A stretch of DNA of 64,000 nucleotides from the NCBI GenBank assembly GCA_047495785.1, contig JBLDXI010000020.1, positions 2,790,001 to 2,854,000 of the forward strand, written 5' to 3'. This stretch comes from Lepidodermella squamata. Lineage: Eukaryota; Animalia; Gastrotricha. The notes beneath the pieces are model-generated. The model searched no databases. It saw only the letters and a list, made by a program, of their open reading frames with translations, and was not told where the DNA came from. Numbering within the stretch: the stretch's first letter is position 1; every line of letters begins with the position of its first letter. A program made the translations under genes and the position numbers. Of this stretch, positions 9,437 to 20,826 are shown piece by piece.

Positions 9437-12400
9437 TCAAATTGCTGACGAGTAGCCGTAGAAAATCAGCCGAAGACCAGTGATAACACCGACCGGGGAA
9501 GCTTGCCGGCCGGTGATGAGCGTCGGATCGATTGCTTCGTAGCCGCCTGGGGACAGAAAGTAGCCTTGGGGAACAGGATCTTCAGGATCTATACCGGTCT
9601 ATTGAAAAAAATCAGAAATATGCATAAATTTATGCAAAAATAGGAAAGTTGAAAAATTTTCAATTTTCCGAAACTTGGAAAAAAGATTAATTTTTTTATC
9701 GGTTTAATTTGGATTGAGATTTTGAAATTGCAAAAATTTAAATTTTTTCAAAATTTATATCAAATTCGACTCACTGTATTAGCACTGATTCTGACCAGCC
9801 AATAGCCTTTCGGTCTTTCGCCCCAGTTATGGACAGAGGTGAGAGGGAAATTAGCTATCGTGTCCTCGGTTTTATCGCGCGTTCGTCGGGGCATCAAAAC
9901 AGTGGCGACCCCGCGCGGCGAAATGATCATCACCTGAAGCGCGCCTCGAGGCCGAAACTGCGCCGATACAACAAGCTGTGTTCGCTCTATGAACGTTATC
10001 TCATCAGCCGATCCGTAACAGCCATTCGTGTGAAATGACCTAAGATAAAAAATTCAAAAAATTGAAATTAAATCTCCCTTTAAAAATTCAGTCAAAAATT
10101 AAAATCGATTTTGGATAAATTAAAAACTAAAATTAAAACAAATTAAAAATTGAAAAAAATTAAATAAATTGAAAATAATTTTTTTAATTGAAAAAATAAT
10201 CTGTCTCGATGATGATCTTGCAATTACGTTTCCACTGTACTGCCGTCTCGAAGGACGCGAGGCAATACGTCGAGAAGGATCGCATCCGTGCAAATGCGAA
10301 GAGGCGGAACAGATTTCCAAGCCGGAGCCATGCGAACCATGCAGGCCGCATCGAGGAGGCCGAATCCAAAATTAGAATTGACCATGCGACCGGCGCCATT
10401 TTGGTACCAAGATGAGTCATTCATCAACGGGCGGGGATTTGAACAGGTTACAATGAGGTGCTGCACATCACGCCACGTGAGCTGGCGGCTGAAAAACGCT
10501 CAAATAAACAGAAGTAATTAAAGATTTAATAATTTTACTTTGCTTGCAAAGCCAGTGCAACAATTCCTGCAGCGATTGGCCCGGAAGCTGAGGTTCCAGT
10601 GTGCTCAATTGTGCACCTATTTCTAAGGTCAACCGAGGCTATTTTTTGCGAGTCGAAATTAGTCGCCGAATAGGTTGACGTCAGCGTGGATGGGCAGCTT
10701 TCGGAGAAAAATGGCTTGTCAAAATTCGAACTGACGCTGTTGACTGATATCACGAAGGGCGAACTTGTGTAGCCATCAGCAGCGCACGTGTCACCCTCGG
10801 CGCCGCCGTTACCCGACGCCCATACGTAGACGACACCCCGACCGTTGCGGCCTTTAGTCACGCCTCGTACCAACGCCTCGGCTGTTAGTGGGCCTGGAGT
10901 TTCCATGGTTGCGCCAGTATCGGCTGGGCCCCAACTTGCGCTGTAAATATCGACTGTGTTCATAGCTAGGGTGACACTTCTTGCTTCAAGCCAGTCTGAA
11001 GTGATAGAAAAATGAAAAAAAAATAAAGAAAATCATATCAAGAAATCAAATGCAGGTCCGGAATTAAAAATTGTTAGAGTTCATCAATATGATCTTGGAT
11101 ATATGAAGATATTTTTTATGGAATTTTTGTGTTATCGAAATTTGGGAACCGAAAAAGCTAGTTTTTTCAGCTAAAACTAGTTATTACACAAGGTTTCTGG
11201 AACTTTTTGATTATTTTTTACATTTTTTAAGGGCGATTCACAAACTCATGTTTTCCTCATGAATGATGCAAAAGATTTTTTGCAGGCTCACTTGAATCAT
11301 GAACGATGAACGAAACCCGCTCACAAATTATTTGTCATAATTCATGATTCAAGAAGCTGTTTAGCCATTTTTTATGTGCGCGATTTAGATCTAAAAAGGA
11401 GTGCGCCCGCAAGGCGCAGAACCCACGACACTGGGCATGATAGTTCGAGTTAAACCCACTGTGCCACCAGTGAGCTTTTGTTGATATGAGCGTTAGCGTC
11501 ATTATCTCCTATTCTCGTTGTTAACTTAGGTAAATTTTCTGAGCTATTGGAAAAATTCGTTAAAAATTCGATTATTTTCCATAAAATCCATTCCATAAAT
11601 TACATCATTTGACCTTTATCCTCGGCTAGAGCACTCTGATTGGGTCGATTAATTAGTCCAAACCGATACATTTTTCAGAAGTATGAATCATTGGGCTTAA
11701 AACTATTCGATTCAGTCATTTTTGGCGATGATTTATCGGCTATTGCTATGATTCCGAAATTTGGTGTAATTGCTAGCGTTAAAGCGGGCAATGTAGTCTA
11801 AAAAATTCGAACATTTTATTTGCGCGAGTTTTGCAGTTCTGATACTGCGAGTCAACAGCATAAATGGAAGATGATGACAGTAACGCCATCAACCACCGAA
11901 GCTCGCTAGTAGCATAGTGGTTTAGCTCTGACCATGCTAAACCAGAATACTGGGTTCTGTGCTCGGTGGCGGCTTCATTTTTTTGATCCATGCGAAGTCG
12001 CACACAAAAAATCGCTATTTGAATCATGAATTATGAAAAATAATTTGTGACCCTAGTGAAAATCGGTTGCACAAAACTGACGAAAATGCAGATTGCACCA
12101 AAATGCAGCTTAATTTGGCACCTCCACTCTGAGGTATTTAGCAATAACTTTCAAAATTCACCATTTAAAAGTTGCTCATTGCGCTTTTTTCCTTAACTTA
12201 AGATACCTTCACTAAACTATAGTTACTGAACACATATTTTGTTATCTTTTCCTATATGATTTCACCGAAGAAATTAAAATTTCGAATAAAACCCGAAAAA
12301 AACCCGATTGGAGTGGTTATAGGGAATTTTCGGTATTTTTTCGATCCTAACAGGATTTCTTCCGATTTTTCTCTCTGCTTGAAAAGTTTCCTTGTTAGTT

Positions 12401-13353
12401 TGAACATCCTCAGACCCAACTCACCTGAAACGTAAGGCACATCGAGCATGCGAACAGCCGCAATTTTCGCCCCATAAGCCACTCCGACGCCACATCGGCT
12501 ATTATTGGCGACCATAGCGATAACACCTGCACATCGGGTTCCATGGCGGTTCTCGTTGCTCACCGTATAACGAGGTGTCGGGTCTGAATCGTTCGAGTTG
12601 AGATCGAAACTCGCCGCTGGTTCCTTTATCGGGAAAAATAGTCTGAATTTAACTGAAAGCTGAATGATGAAAACTTACGTAATTCGGGAAAAGATCCTCA
12701 TTTTTGAACTCAAGCCCGTCGTCTAGTACCGAAACTACAACGCCTTGTCCGGAGTAGCCAAGCCGCCACGCCTCGGTGATATTCATCGAATAAGGCCCAC
12801 CAAACGCTGTCAGATACCACTCTTCGTCCCAAAGTGGGTCATCGGGCTTGCGCGATTTGATGTTGTACTCAAGTTGTTGGTCACCCTGATCTGAAATCGC
12901 GCCAACGGACGAAGAATCCAGCACAGTGTCACCCGTCATTCGGTCAATGATCAGGAAGCCATTGTCTCGCTTTTCAGGCTGCGGGTCGTATCGTTTGGTC
13001 CGTTGCCGAGGCACCTGCGCTTCCGCCCAGGCGACATTTTCATGCCGGCCTTCGGCTATAGCGCGCCTAGGGCGCCTGCGGAAGCCTCGGTGAGGGTTCT
13101 CAATGGGTGCCATTAGGTAAAAATCGTCATCCATCCGATCGACAACGACGAGACCCGCGACGTGGGCGACGCGGTCAGCCATATCGGCGCCGCCCCTGAT
13201 TCGGACGGCCCAGTGGTGGCGCGCGAAATGCTCGGCATCAAACGCCGGCAAATTCACCTGCGCGACATTTTCGACAGCGGCGGCGGTGATGAAATCGAAG
13301 GCGAACGCTAGTGGAATAACTAGGCCCGGCCAGTTTTTTACGACAACAACCAT
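9437..13353 (-). CDS. Kexin/furin-family proprotein convertase, PC1/3-like, about 672 aa
   Basis: Exons 13353-12679, 12623-12425, 10995-10539, 10488-10228, 10039-9775, 9598-9437 join in frame. Signal peptide, prodomain site RQRTKR, catalytic VLDDG / RHGTRCAG / WASGNGG / HTGTSAS, and a P domain ending LRLIFYG. Confidence 0.93.
11321..12050. mobile_element. Foldback/MITE-like element with ~200-bp imperfect inverted arms, each containing a tRNA-like unit
   Basis: 11321-11352 matches the reverse complement of 12019-12050 at 31/32, and homology continues inward to about 11530/11848. Lies in convertase intron 2. Confidence 0.7.
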
Positions 13354-14664
13354 TTATTGCAGCTTCGTCGCCGGCCTCATGAGCGAAGAAAAATATCACG
13401 ATAAAAATATCACAGCAGCGCGCGGTTAAATAATAGCCATTGATATCAATTTATATTAAGGCGGCTATAAAATATAATTTTATCTAATGTTGTAGAAAAA
13501 GCAGGGCGCGTTATCGTTCGAAAAATTAATGGATTTTTAGTGAGAACGCTTTGAATATATTAGATACCCAACGGTTGTTATAATAACCAAACATAATTAT
13601 TTTTGTTAATACGATCATATTAAAAAGGTGTAAACACTTGGCGTCAACAACGCCTGTTGTTTGATATGCGATTGGTGTATAGGGTAAAATTATACACGCT
13701 TCTGAAACGCGCGCGCGCACGTGTAATTGTTTGCGCTAAAAGTGTTGTTATTGTATTTAGGTGGTGGTTTAAAACGTGTTTTGTAATGAAAATTCCGCAT
13801 TACCAACGCTGGGAAAGAAGCGATTTTAATGACGGTGATGATGATGATGATGATGCATTACCTGGTGTTGTAGCTTATTAAGCTTCCCGAGCAAAAACTA
13901 CCTTGACACGTGTTTCACGCATTTTTTGCGGCTGCGACTGAAGGCTGAGAGACAATGGCTTATTACCTTAACACTACGGTTGAGCTATTCAGAGATATAA
14001 TGTCATGTTCTCATTTTTCTCCGGCCCAACACGCACAACACTCGGCCGGCGCTGTTTGCAGCCCAAAAACACATCCAAGGTGTTTACCACAACAAAACAA
14101 TAGTTACATTCGTGATAGCTGGCTAGGTATGTGACTTTACGGCGCGTGTTGTGGCTCGCTAAAAAACGCTCCACTTGTTTCTTATTACGGCGGAAAGACA
14201 CGAACTTGACGCCGTCTTCAGATTATTATCATCATCTCCGCCATTTTTTACCTGGAATAAATAAGTCGCGGAATCAACCTGCTTTTGCTATTGTTCTTTC
14301 GCGCGATAAACATTTTTCGACAAATAATTATAAGTCCATCTTGTTTCATTATACCTGCGCATTGTGCATGAAATTGCAATGCTTCAAACTAAAAATGCTT
14401 GAAAAATGCGCCATTTTTTAACAACTGAAGCGCCCATTTCAAATTCAAAAATATTTGTTAATTATGAATTAAAAAAAGGTATAAATTCAAGGACAATAAA
14501 GCGAAATGAATTAATTTAAAAAAGCCAAGTGATTTTCCTGTGAGGCAAATTCTGATCACAAATTGTTTCATGTTCTAAAACCTTGATCGAATTTCCGATG
14601 AATTTCATCCAAAATCGAAATTGACATTTTTTAAGGGTCCAAAAATGTGCACCACTAAAAATAA

Positions 14665-15043
14665 GGTTCCAACACTAAATTTAAGTCCTTGCACTAAGTT
14701 GTTCATATTCTTTGAGATTTCGGCATTTTCGCTTTTTGATCGATACTGATGCCCACCCTGAACCTAGTATTTTTCACTTTAGCTACCTGGCGCCCTGGGC
14801 TACGTTGAAAAACTATCGATTTTTGGTTCCACGACGGCTGATATCGGGAAAATCGCTGATTTTTAAAATCGATATCGGCGGCTATCGGCTCTGCAGGCCG
14901 AAGTATAACTAACTAACTGACCACTCATCGCGCAAAATAAAGATCTATTGATAAAAAATTGAGATTCCAGGGAAGGCTTGAAATTCGAAAAAACATATTT
15001 AAGAAAAATCTAGCGCTGGAGTCTCAAATTTAGTGCTGGAACC
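14665..15043. mobile_element. MITE; same family as the copy at 51395-51760
   Basis: TIRs GGTTCCAACACTAAATTT / AAATTTAGTGCTGGAACC (17/18). The internal TGATATCGGGAAAATCGCTGATTT...TATCGGCTCTGCAGGCCGAAGTAT is shared with the second copy. Confidence 0.7.
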
Positions 15044-16027
15044 CTCAATTTCGGGTGCCCACTTGGCGCACCCATTTTTTCTTATTTTTTACTCAGTTTT
15101 GACACAGCAATCTGAAAATCGCATTTCGAAATTTGCAAGGGATCAAAATTCATGCCTCCACTTTTTGATGCAAATAGAAAAGTCTCCATGGTACGAGTTC
15201 GAACAGGGCATCAAAAATAAAAAATTTGCATAAAAAATCACTCCATCACGATGCAAAATGGGTGAAGTCTGGGTGAAATGAATCGCAAGCAAACAAACTG
15301 AGGAATCGAACAACGGCAGTAAGATATTCGATGCCATGGTAAAACATTCTTTTTTCGTTCACAACAATAAAAAGCAAAATAGCGGAGAAATCGGATGAAT
15401 GCGCAAAGACTCGAACCATAACCTAAAAACATTGAACAAATCCGCCAAAGAGCCACGTCTGCAAATGTCCCTATAGCACGATAACCATGAGTCATCGGTC
15501 GAAATGGACGGCGCCATTCAATCTGCCGGGTTTTATTTCGATTAGCATATTAGCATGTAGCTGCTTTTCGATTGATCTTGAAATTAGTTCCCTTGGAGGT
15601 GGGACATTTTAGCTGCATCAACAACGAAATATTCAAAAATGATAAGCATTAAAAAGAATTCAAGCCTGCATTCAAATCGATTTTATCAAATCAATTGTGG
15701 ATAAACATTCAACTTATGAACATTCGGCGGGAAAAATTCGCTCAAGCCAGGTGAAATACCGAGAATAACCAAGCCGGGCTATCTCCGTTGAAGTGAAAAT
15801 TCTCAGTGGCGTACACAATTAACCCGCAACAAGTAGAAAAATCAAAATGCGCACAGCCTAAATTTATTCTTCATTCGAAAATCATACATCATGTAGGTAT
15901 AGGTATTTCAGCGATTTTCGCATTGTCAAATGATAGGTATTAGCTTAATCGACTCATCACAGATTCAGGTTGTGGCATGTTAAATCTTGAATCAGCGGGA
16001 TACTTTTACGACGTTTTTATACAGACT

Positions 16028-19000
16028 TCAGGCCGCTATAATTAGGGGAGTCGCGTAAGTATACAGGACTCCAGTGGTTTTTTTCTCCAGAACGTCCACA
16101 TGGATGAGGCCGGAACTTTGCAAAACCGGGGTATTACAATAGACTGTAGGAGCGCCATTGCCAAGCGACAGTACCCCGAGTCCATTAACTAAGATTCTGC
16201 CTTTCACTTGGTCGTAGAAAGCACATTGAAACGTCGAGCTGAAAATGTCGAAGCATGGACCCTGAAAAGATACCGTCTCCCCGCCGAAAACTTTGACAAC
16301 AGATGGTACGGTGGTGATTGGCTTGCCGATGTCGCAGTTTCTTGCATCTAATCCAGTGTCTAATCGGAAAATCCATCTGCCTGGCTTGCCTGTATTTGAA
16401 TTCATGAAAGCTGAAACATTCGCCGAACATGAATCAGGTATCGTGTAGAAGTTGGCGTTGTCGCCAGCATCGAAACCGGCTTTCACGATTAAGCCCGTGC
16501 CACAGTTTGGTGATGGCCAATTGATTTTATTGTAGTATAAAATGGAGAAAGAGAACCGACCGTCAGTTGCCAAAATCATTTGAAAAGTATTTCCTGTACC
16601 ACAAGGTTTATAACTCGGTGCTACATTCTCCCATGTTGCGATGAAAAGCCATTTAAGAGTGAGGCCAACAAATCGTGGATATTTTTTAACGATTTCGGCC
16701 TCGGCCTCTCTGAGCAATACTGGATCGGTCGTTTGGCGGTAATAAATATCACCCAAATCAGTGGTGTCAATGTCACTCCAGAAACCAGCAATCATTCGCT
16801 TATCGCGGCTGCTTGGTCCACAAAACGGTAGGCCATCCCTTATACCCCGTTCGAATGAAAGGGCTCCATTGCTGTTGACATACAAAGTTTTTTCCTTCTT
16901 TTTGAAAAACGGGAAGGGGATTGACAGATCGATAGGTGGGTCTGTAAAGATGTCATCTTTTTTAGGCATAACGACGTCTCCATTATCTATTCCAAATGGA
17001 AAGAGGTCACCCAACGGCACTTCCGGGGGTGTTGTAGGATCGTTTACTGGCGTGGTGGTAGGAGCAGGATCCCTTGTCCTGGGGGTTGTAGGATCATCTG
17101 CTGGCGTGGTGGTTGGAGGATCCACTGTCCTGGGGGTTGTAGGATCATCTGCTGGTGGCGTGGCTGGAGGATCCACTGTCGTGTCGAAAATGTGTTCAAT
17201 GAGCTTGAAGGCGTCATCGATCGCCTTGGTTTGTTTGGCGAATGCTTCATCGCCCCCACTTACTTGATAGTCGAACAAACAGCCAAAAGAATCGCCGCAA
17301 ATCATTAAAGCGCCATCTCCCGGCGGATCAAGTTCGAAAACTGGCTCGAATGATAAATCTAAGAATTCTTCATACGATGAACCGTTAGGGTACGTGAATA
17401 GGCTCTCCGCTTCTTTAACCACCCACAAAACTCCGAATTTTTTGTGAATTTCAGACAGAGAAGAATCGGCAGGTACAATTTCTCCACTAGGAGTTTTTAG
17501 GTCATTTGCCGCGTTGCCATCATAGTCACCCATTAAACCAGATATCGAATTCATATTGTTGACAGTCGCTGTTGAAATAACCGCCATGGACCCTTTCCCG
17601 ATTAAAAAGTTGAACGCCATGCCACAGCGAAAGGCAACATTGACTTCGGACAACGCGTCATCGATCGCTGTGACCAAAAATTTGGCGAAGTGTTGTGTTT
17701 TCAGGGCCTCGTTGCCGAAATTGAGCTTAATACCGTCAACCAATATCTCGGGCGCCGATGACTTGGATAATTGGATCTGTACCACAGAGCCATCAGAACC
17801 TTCTCGCATTGTGAATGCGGTGAAAACGGATGCATTTCCAGCAAACATCGCCATTCGGGCTTGCATCATAAAAGATGATGATCCTACGGGTTTTACCATC
17901 CAGAATTCGCCAACTCCGTTGAATGTGTATGTCAGCCCATCGTAAGTCTTGAAATGTGGGTCGCCCATAGCTAGAGCAGGCCGTGGGGCCTTGTAGTTGC
18001 TGCCGTCGTTAATTGGCCGTTTCTGCTCGAATTCCTGACAGCGAGATCTGTCAAAACCAGGTAAGACATCTGCAAATGCCCTGCCTTGGTGACAGCACGT
18101 GAATTCACCAATCTGGTCCTTCAAAGCATTCACGTAAGTTGTCGACCATGAGGTTGGCTGCTTCAATTCACTGTAACTCAAATCACGCCGTAAATTGCTA
18201 GTCGCTGCGTCGTAGAAACATTGCTGGCCACTTCCGCCTTGGGTTGGAACGGCTAGCCGCATTGCTATGAATGACTTTTGAGCATCGGGCGTCTGCGAAA
18301 GGCCGGGGTCCAACGTCAATGAGTAGGCGTCGAAATTAGAGGTAAAACCCGCATAGTTTCTATCGGCCTGAGCTTGTTCAAGCAAAGGTGGACAAGGTCG
18401 TGATCCATAATCATCCAGGTTCGGAATTTCTTTGTTTTCCAATTGCCACGTGTCACAGACGAGTGGATAAAGTTCCGCTCTCGGCTTCTCACCGAATAAT
18501 CTTCGCAGAACAAAGCCTGATGCTAAGGGTTTTCCGCCACATTTCACTGATTTCTCGGCGATTTCCGAAAATCCTGCCAGGCATTTGATTGGGTCCCTTG
18601 TCGCTGATCGCCAGTATTCCGCCTTGCACGTAGATAAGTTTGCGTTTTTGTCGTAGCAGATGAAGTCGGTTATTACCCCATTCCCATCAGCACTGCTGAT
18701 GATTGTACTGACTATTTCTCGGTCCGATTCATTGACACTGTAGAAAGCCGACTTGGCGACGGTCAACATTAGAATTGCGTCGTCTGAAAGTTCTGCATTG
18801 ACATTAAGCAAAAGTTGCCCCATATTGATGGTCGCCGATCCTTCATTCGAATAATTTGCCAGAAGTAAGCCGAGAACAATCCATTCATCGTCTTTCAGAG
18901 CTAACAAAGTAATATCGACTGTAGCTGCTTTGGTCAATCTCGGGTGGTCTGAGGGCCACTTGATTTGAGCTTTTCCATCAGAAACTGCATTGGCATAACT

Positions 19001-20116
19001 GCCATCAATCGTCGTTGTTGCCAAGGTGATAGAAACTTCAGGCCGCTCGAGCGCAACAGTCAAGTAAGCCTTGTAACTGCTAGTGATTCCTAAGCTTGTT
19101 GTCTCGATGATTTCCACAAGAACGCGACCCGAGTCGTGGAAAAATGGAGTGATGCAAAAGACTGTGGGAGCTTCATTGCCCGGCGAAATTCCGCTGACAC
19201 CATTAGTGAATATTTTGCCTTTTACTGGGTCGTGAAAAACACATTGAAACGTCGAGCTGAAAATGTCGAAGCATGGCCCCTGAAATGATACGGCTTCTCC
19301 GCCGAAAACCTCAACAAAAGGTGGACTGGTGGTGACGTGCTGTTTGCTATCAAAGTTTGCATCGCAATTTCTTGTTTCCACGCGATTGTCTAACCGGAAA
19401 ACCCATCTTCCAGGCTTGCCTGTGTTTGAATTCGTGAAAACTGAAATGTTTGTCGTGCACGAACCAGGTATCACGTAGAACTTGACGCTGTCGCCAGCAT
19501 CGAAGCCTGCTTTCACAATTGAACCAGTTCCACAGTTTGGTGATGGCCAATTTATTTCATTGTAATACTGAATTGAGAAAGATAGGCGACCGTCAGTTGC
19601 TAGTATCATTTGAAACGTATTTCCTGTACTACAAGGTTTATAACCCGGCGCCACGTCCTTCCAAGTTGCGAGAAAAAGCCATTTCAAAGTGAGGCCGGCC
19701 AGTCGTGGATATTTTCTAACGATTTCATCCTCCGCTTTCCTCAGCAATGCTGGTTCGGTTGTTTGGCGGTAATAAATTTCACCCGACTCTGTGGTGTCAA
19801 TGTCACTCCAGAAGCCAGCAATCATTCGATGAACGCGGCTGATTGGTCCACAATACGGGTAGCCATCCCTGATACCTCGTTCAAATGAAAGCGCTCCATT
19901 GCCGTTCACATACAAAGTTGTTTCTATGTTGTTGAAAAACGGGAAGGGGATTGACAGATCGATAGGTGGGTCTGTAAAGATGTCATCTTTTTTAGGCATA
20001 ACGACGTCTCCATTATCTATTCCAAACGGAAAGAGGTCATCCAACGGTACTTGACCTCTGGAAATAGCGAAAAATTTCAGTACTACCAGGAACCTTAATA
20101 TGAATTTCTTTACCAT
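16028..20116 (-). CDS. Secreted NIDO-IPT-AMOP-VWD protein (Mesh/SUSD2/MUC4-like) with a duplicated C-terminal NIDO-IPT, 1362 aa, intronless
   Basis: Signal peptide; NIDO motifs (IAGFWSDID, NTFQMILATDG, SNTGKPGRW) occur twice; AMOP-like GSGQQCFYD; VWD GDPHFKTYDG..YTFNGVGEF; no transmembrane helix seen. Confidence 0.88.
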   Translation of the reverse strand: MVKKFILRFLVVLKFFAISRGQVPLDDLFPFGIDNGDVVMPKKDDIFTDPPIDLSIPFPFFNNIETTLYVNGNGALSFERGIRDGYPYCGPISRVHRMIAGFWSDIDTTESGEIYYRQTTEPALLRKAEDEIVRKYPRLAGLTLKWLFLATWKDVAPGYKPCSTGNTFQMILATDGRLSFSIQYYNEINWPSPNCGTGSIVKAGFDAGDSVKFYVIPGSCTTNISVFTNSNTGKPGRWVFRLDNRVETRNCDANFDSKQHVTTSPPFVEVFGGEAVSFQGPCFDIFSSTFQCVFHDPVKGKIFTNGVSGISPGNEAPTVFCITPFFHDSGRVLVEIIETTSLGITSSYKAYLTVALERPEVSITLATTTIDGSYANAVSDGKAQIKWPSDHPRLTKAATVDITLLALKDDEWIVLGLLLANYSNEGSATINMGQLLLNVNAELSDDAILMLTVAKSAFYSVNESDREIVSTIISSADGNGVITDFICYDKNANLSTCKAEYWRSATRDPIKCLAGFSEIAEKSVKCGGKPLASGFVLRRLFGEKPRAELYPLVCDTWQLENKEIPNLDDYGSRPCPPLLEQAQADRNYAGFTSNFDAYSLTLDPGLSQTPDAQKSFIAMRLAVPTQGGSGQQCFYDAATSNLRRDLSYSELKQPTSWSTTYVNALKDQIGEFTCCHQGRAFADVLPGFDRSRCQEFEQKRPINDGSNYKAPRPALAMGDPHFKTYDGLTYTFNGVGEFWMVKPVGSSSFMMQARMAMFAGNASVFTAFTMREGSDGSVVQIQLSKSSAPEILVDGIKLNFGNEALKTQHFAKFLVTAIDDALSEVNVAFRCGMAFNFLIGKGSMAVISTATVNNMNSISGLMGDYDGNAANDLKTPSGEIVPADSSLSEIHKKFGVLWVVKEAESLFTYPNGSSYEEFLDLSFEPVFELDPPGDGALMICGDSFGCLFDYQVSGGDEAFAKQTKAIDDAFKLIEHIFDTTVDPPATPPADDPTTPRTVDPPTTTPADDPTTPRTRDPAPTTTPVNDPTTPPEVPLGDLFPFGIDNGDVVMPKKDDIFTDPPIDLSIPFPFFKKKEKTLYVNSNGALSFERGIRDGLPFCGPSSRDKRMIAGFWSDIDTTDLGDIYYRQTTDPVLLREAEAEIVKKYPRFVGLTLKWLFIATWENVAPSYKPCGTGNTFQMILATDGRFSFSILYYNKINWPSPNCGTGLIVKAGFDAGDNANFYTIPDSCSANVSAFMNSNTGKPGRWIFRLDTGLDARNCDIGKPITTVPSVVKVFGGETVSFQGPCFDIFSSTFQCAFYDQVKGRILVNGLGVLSLGNGAPTVYCNTPVLQSSGLIHVDVLEKKTTGVLYTYATPLIIAA
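17025..17180 (-). repeat. Coding tandem repeat, ~51-bp unit x3 (DPPTTTPADDPTTPRTV), mucin-like linker
   Basis: GGGGTTGTAGGATC recurs at about 17026, 17082 and 17133. Confidence 0.85.
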
Positions 20117-20826
20117 CTTCTTGTTTAAGGTTGCAACGGCGTATTAATCTGATTTGATGACTTCGCCAGAATAAATAGACCACTTGATCCAAGGTAATAG
20201 ACTCCTAATCAGGCTCTATTAGCGTCACTGCTTCCGCCTATTTAATGATGTACATTAAGAATTCTAGGAATGGGCGTGGCTAACATTGTCTTAAAACCAC
20301 GACAACAGAAATTCCATGACTTCTCAGAGTTGATAAGAAACTAGGTAGATACGCTGGATTGTTGGCGTAATAGATGTATTAACGTCAGACTTCAACAGTC
20401 GGGGTCACTTTGACATGCCAAAACCGGGCGAATTTGCCATAGGAAATCTCAAAGATGGCTATACTAAAAGACCTATCGAGTAGGGTATACCATTTTAGGG
20501 TACCATTTTACATGATTACAGCGAATTTCTCCAGCATTTGGAATCCCATTAAAAAGTTTCATAGCTGACATAGTATTTACTTTCTTCCGAAGCATTCTAA
20601 GAATCGGAAATCGCACCTCATCTTCTACGTTATGATCACTTACCTACCCTGGATTTTTCTTTGGTTGTATGAGAGACACTATAGGGGGATTTTCAATTCC
20701 TCAGCCAATTGAAAACAATACTGAGCAATTCATTTGTCGAAAATAATACGATTTGTCGCGAGTTAACGTTCATTTTATTCTCTATCAGTTTCTATTTTTT
20801 ATTTTATCAAAAATCACAGTAGTAGA

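Noticed and set aside
11393-11984. Functional tRNA genes
   Set aside because: The T-loop reads GTTCTG rather than GTTCRA, stems pair poorly and no clean anticodon arm is visible. Treated as tRNA-like repeats.
17025-17180. CRISPR-like array
   Set aside because: A coding Pro/Thr tandem repeat without unique spacers, in a eukaryotic context with no cas genes.
16185-19888. Short overlapping and antisense ORFs inside the NIDO gene (likewise inside RIM, XPF, PIGG and the GPCR)
   Set aside because: Shadow frames of real coding sequence with no independent motifs.
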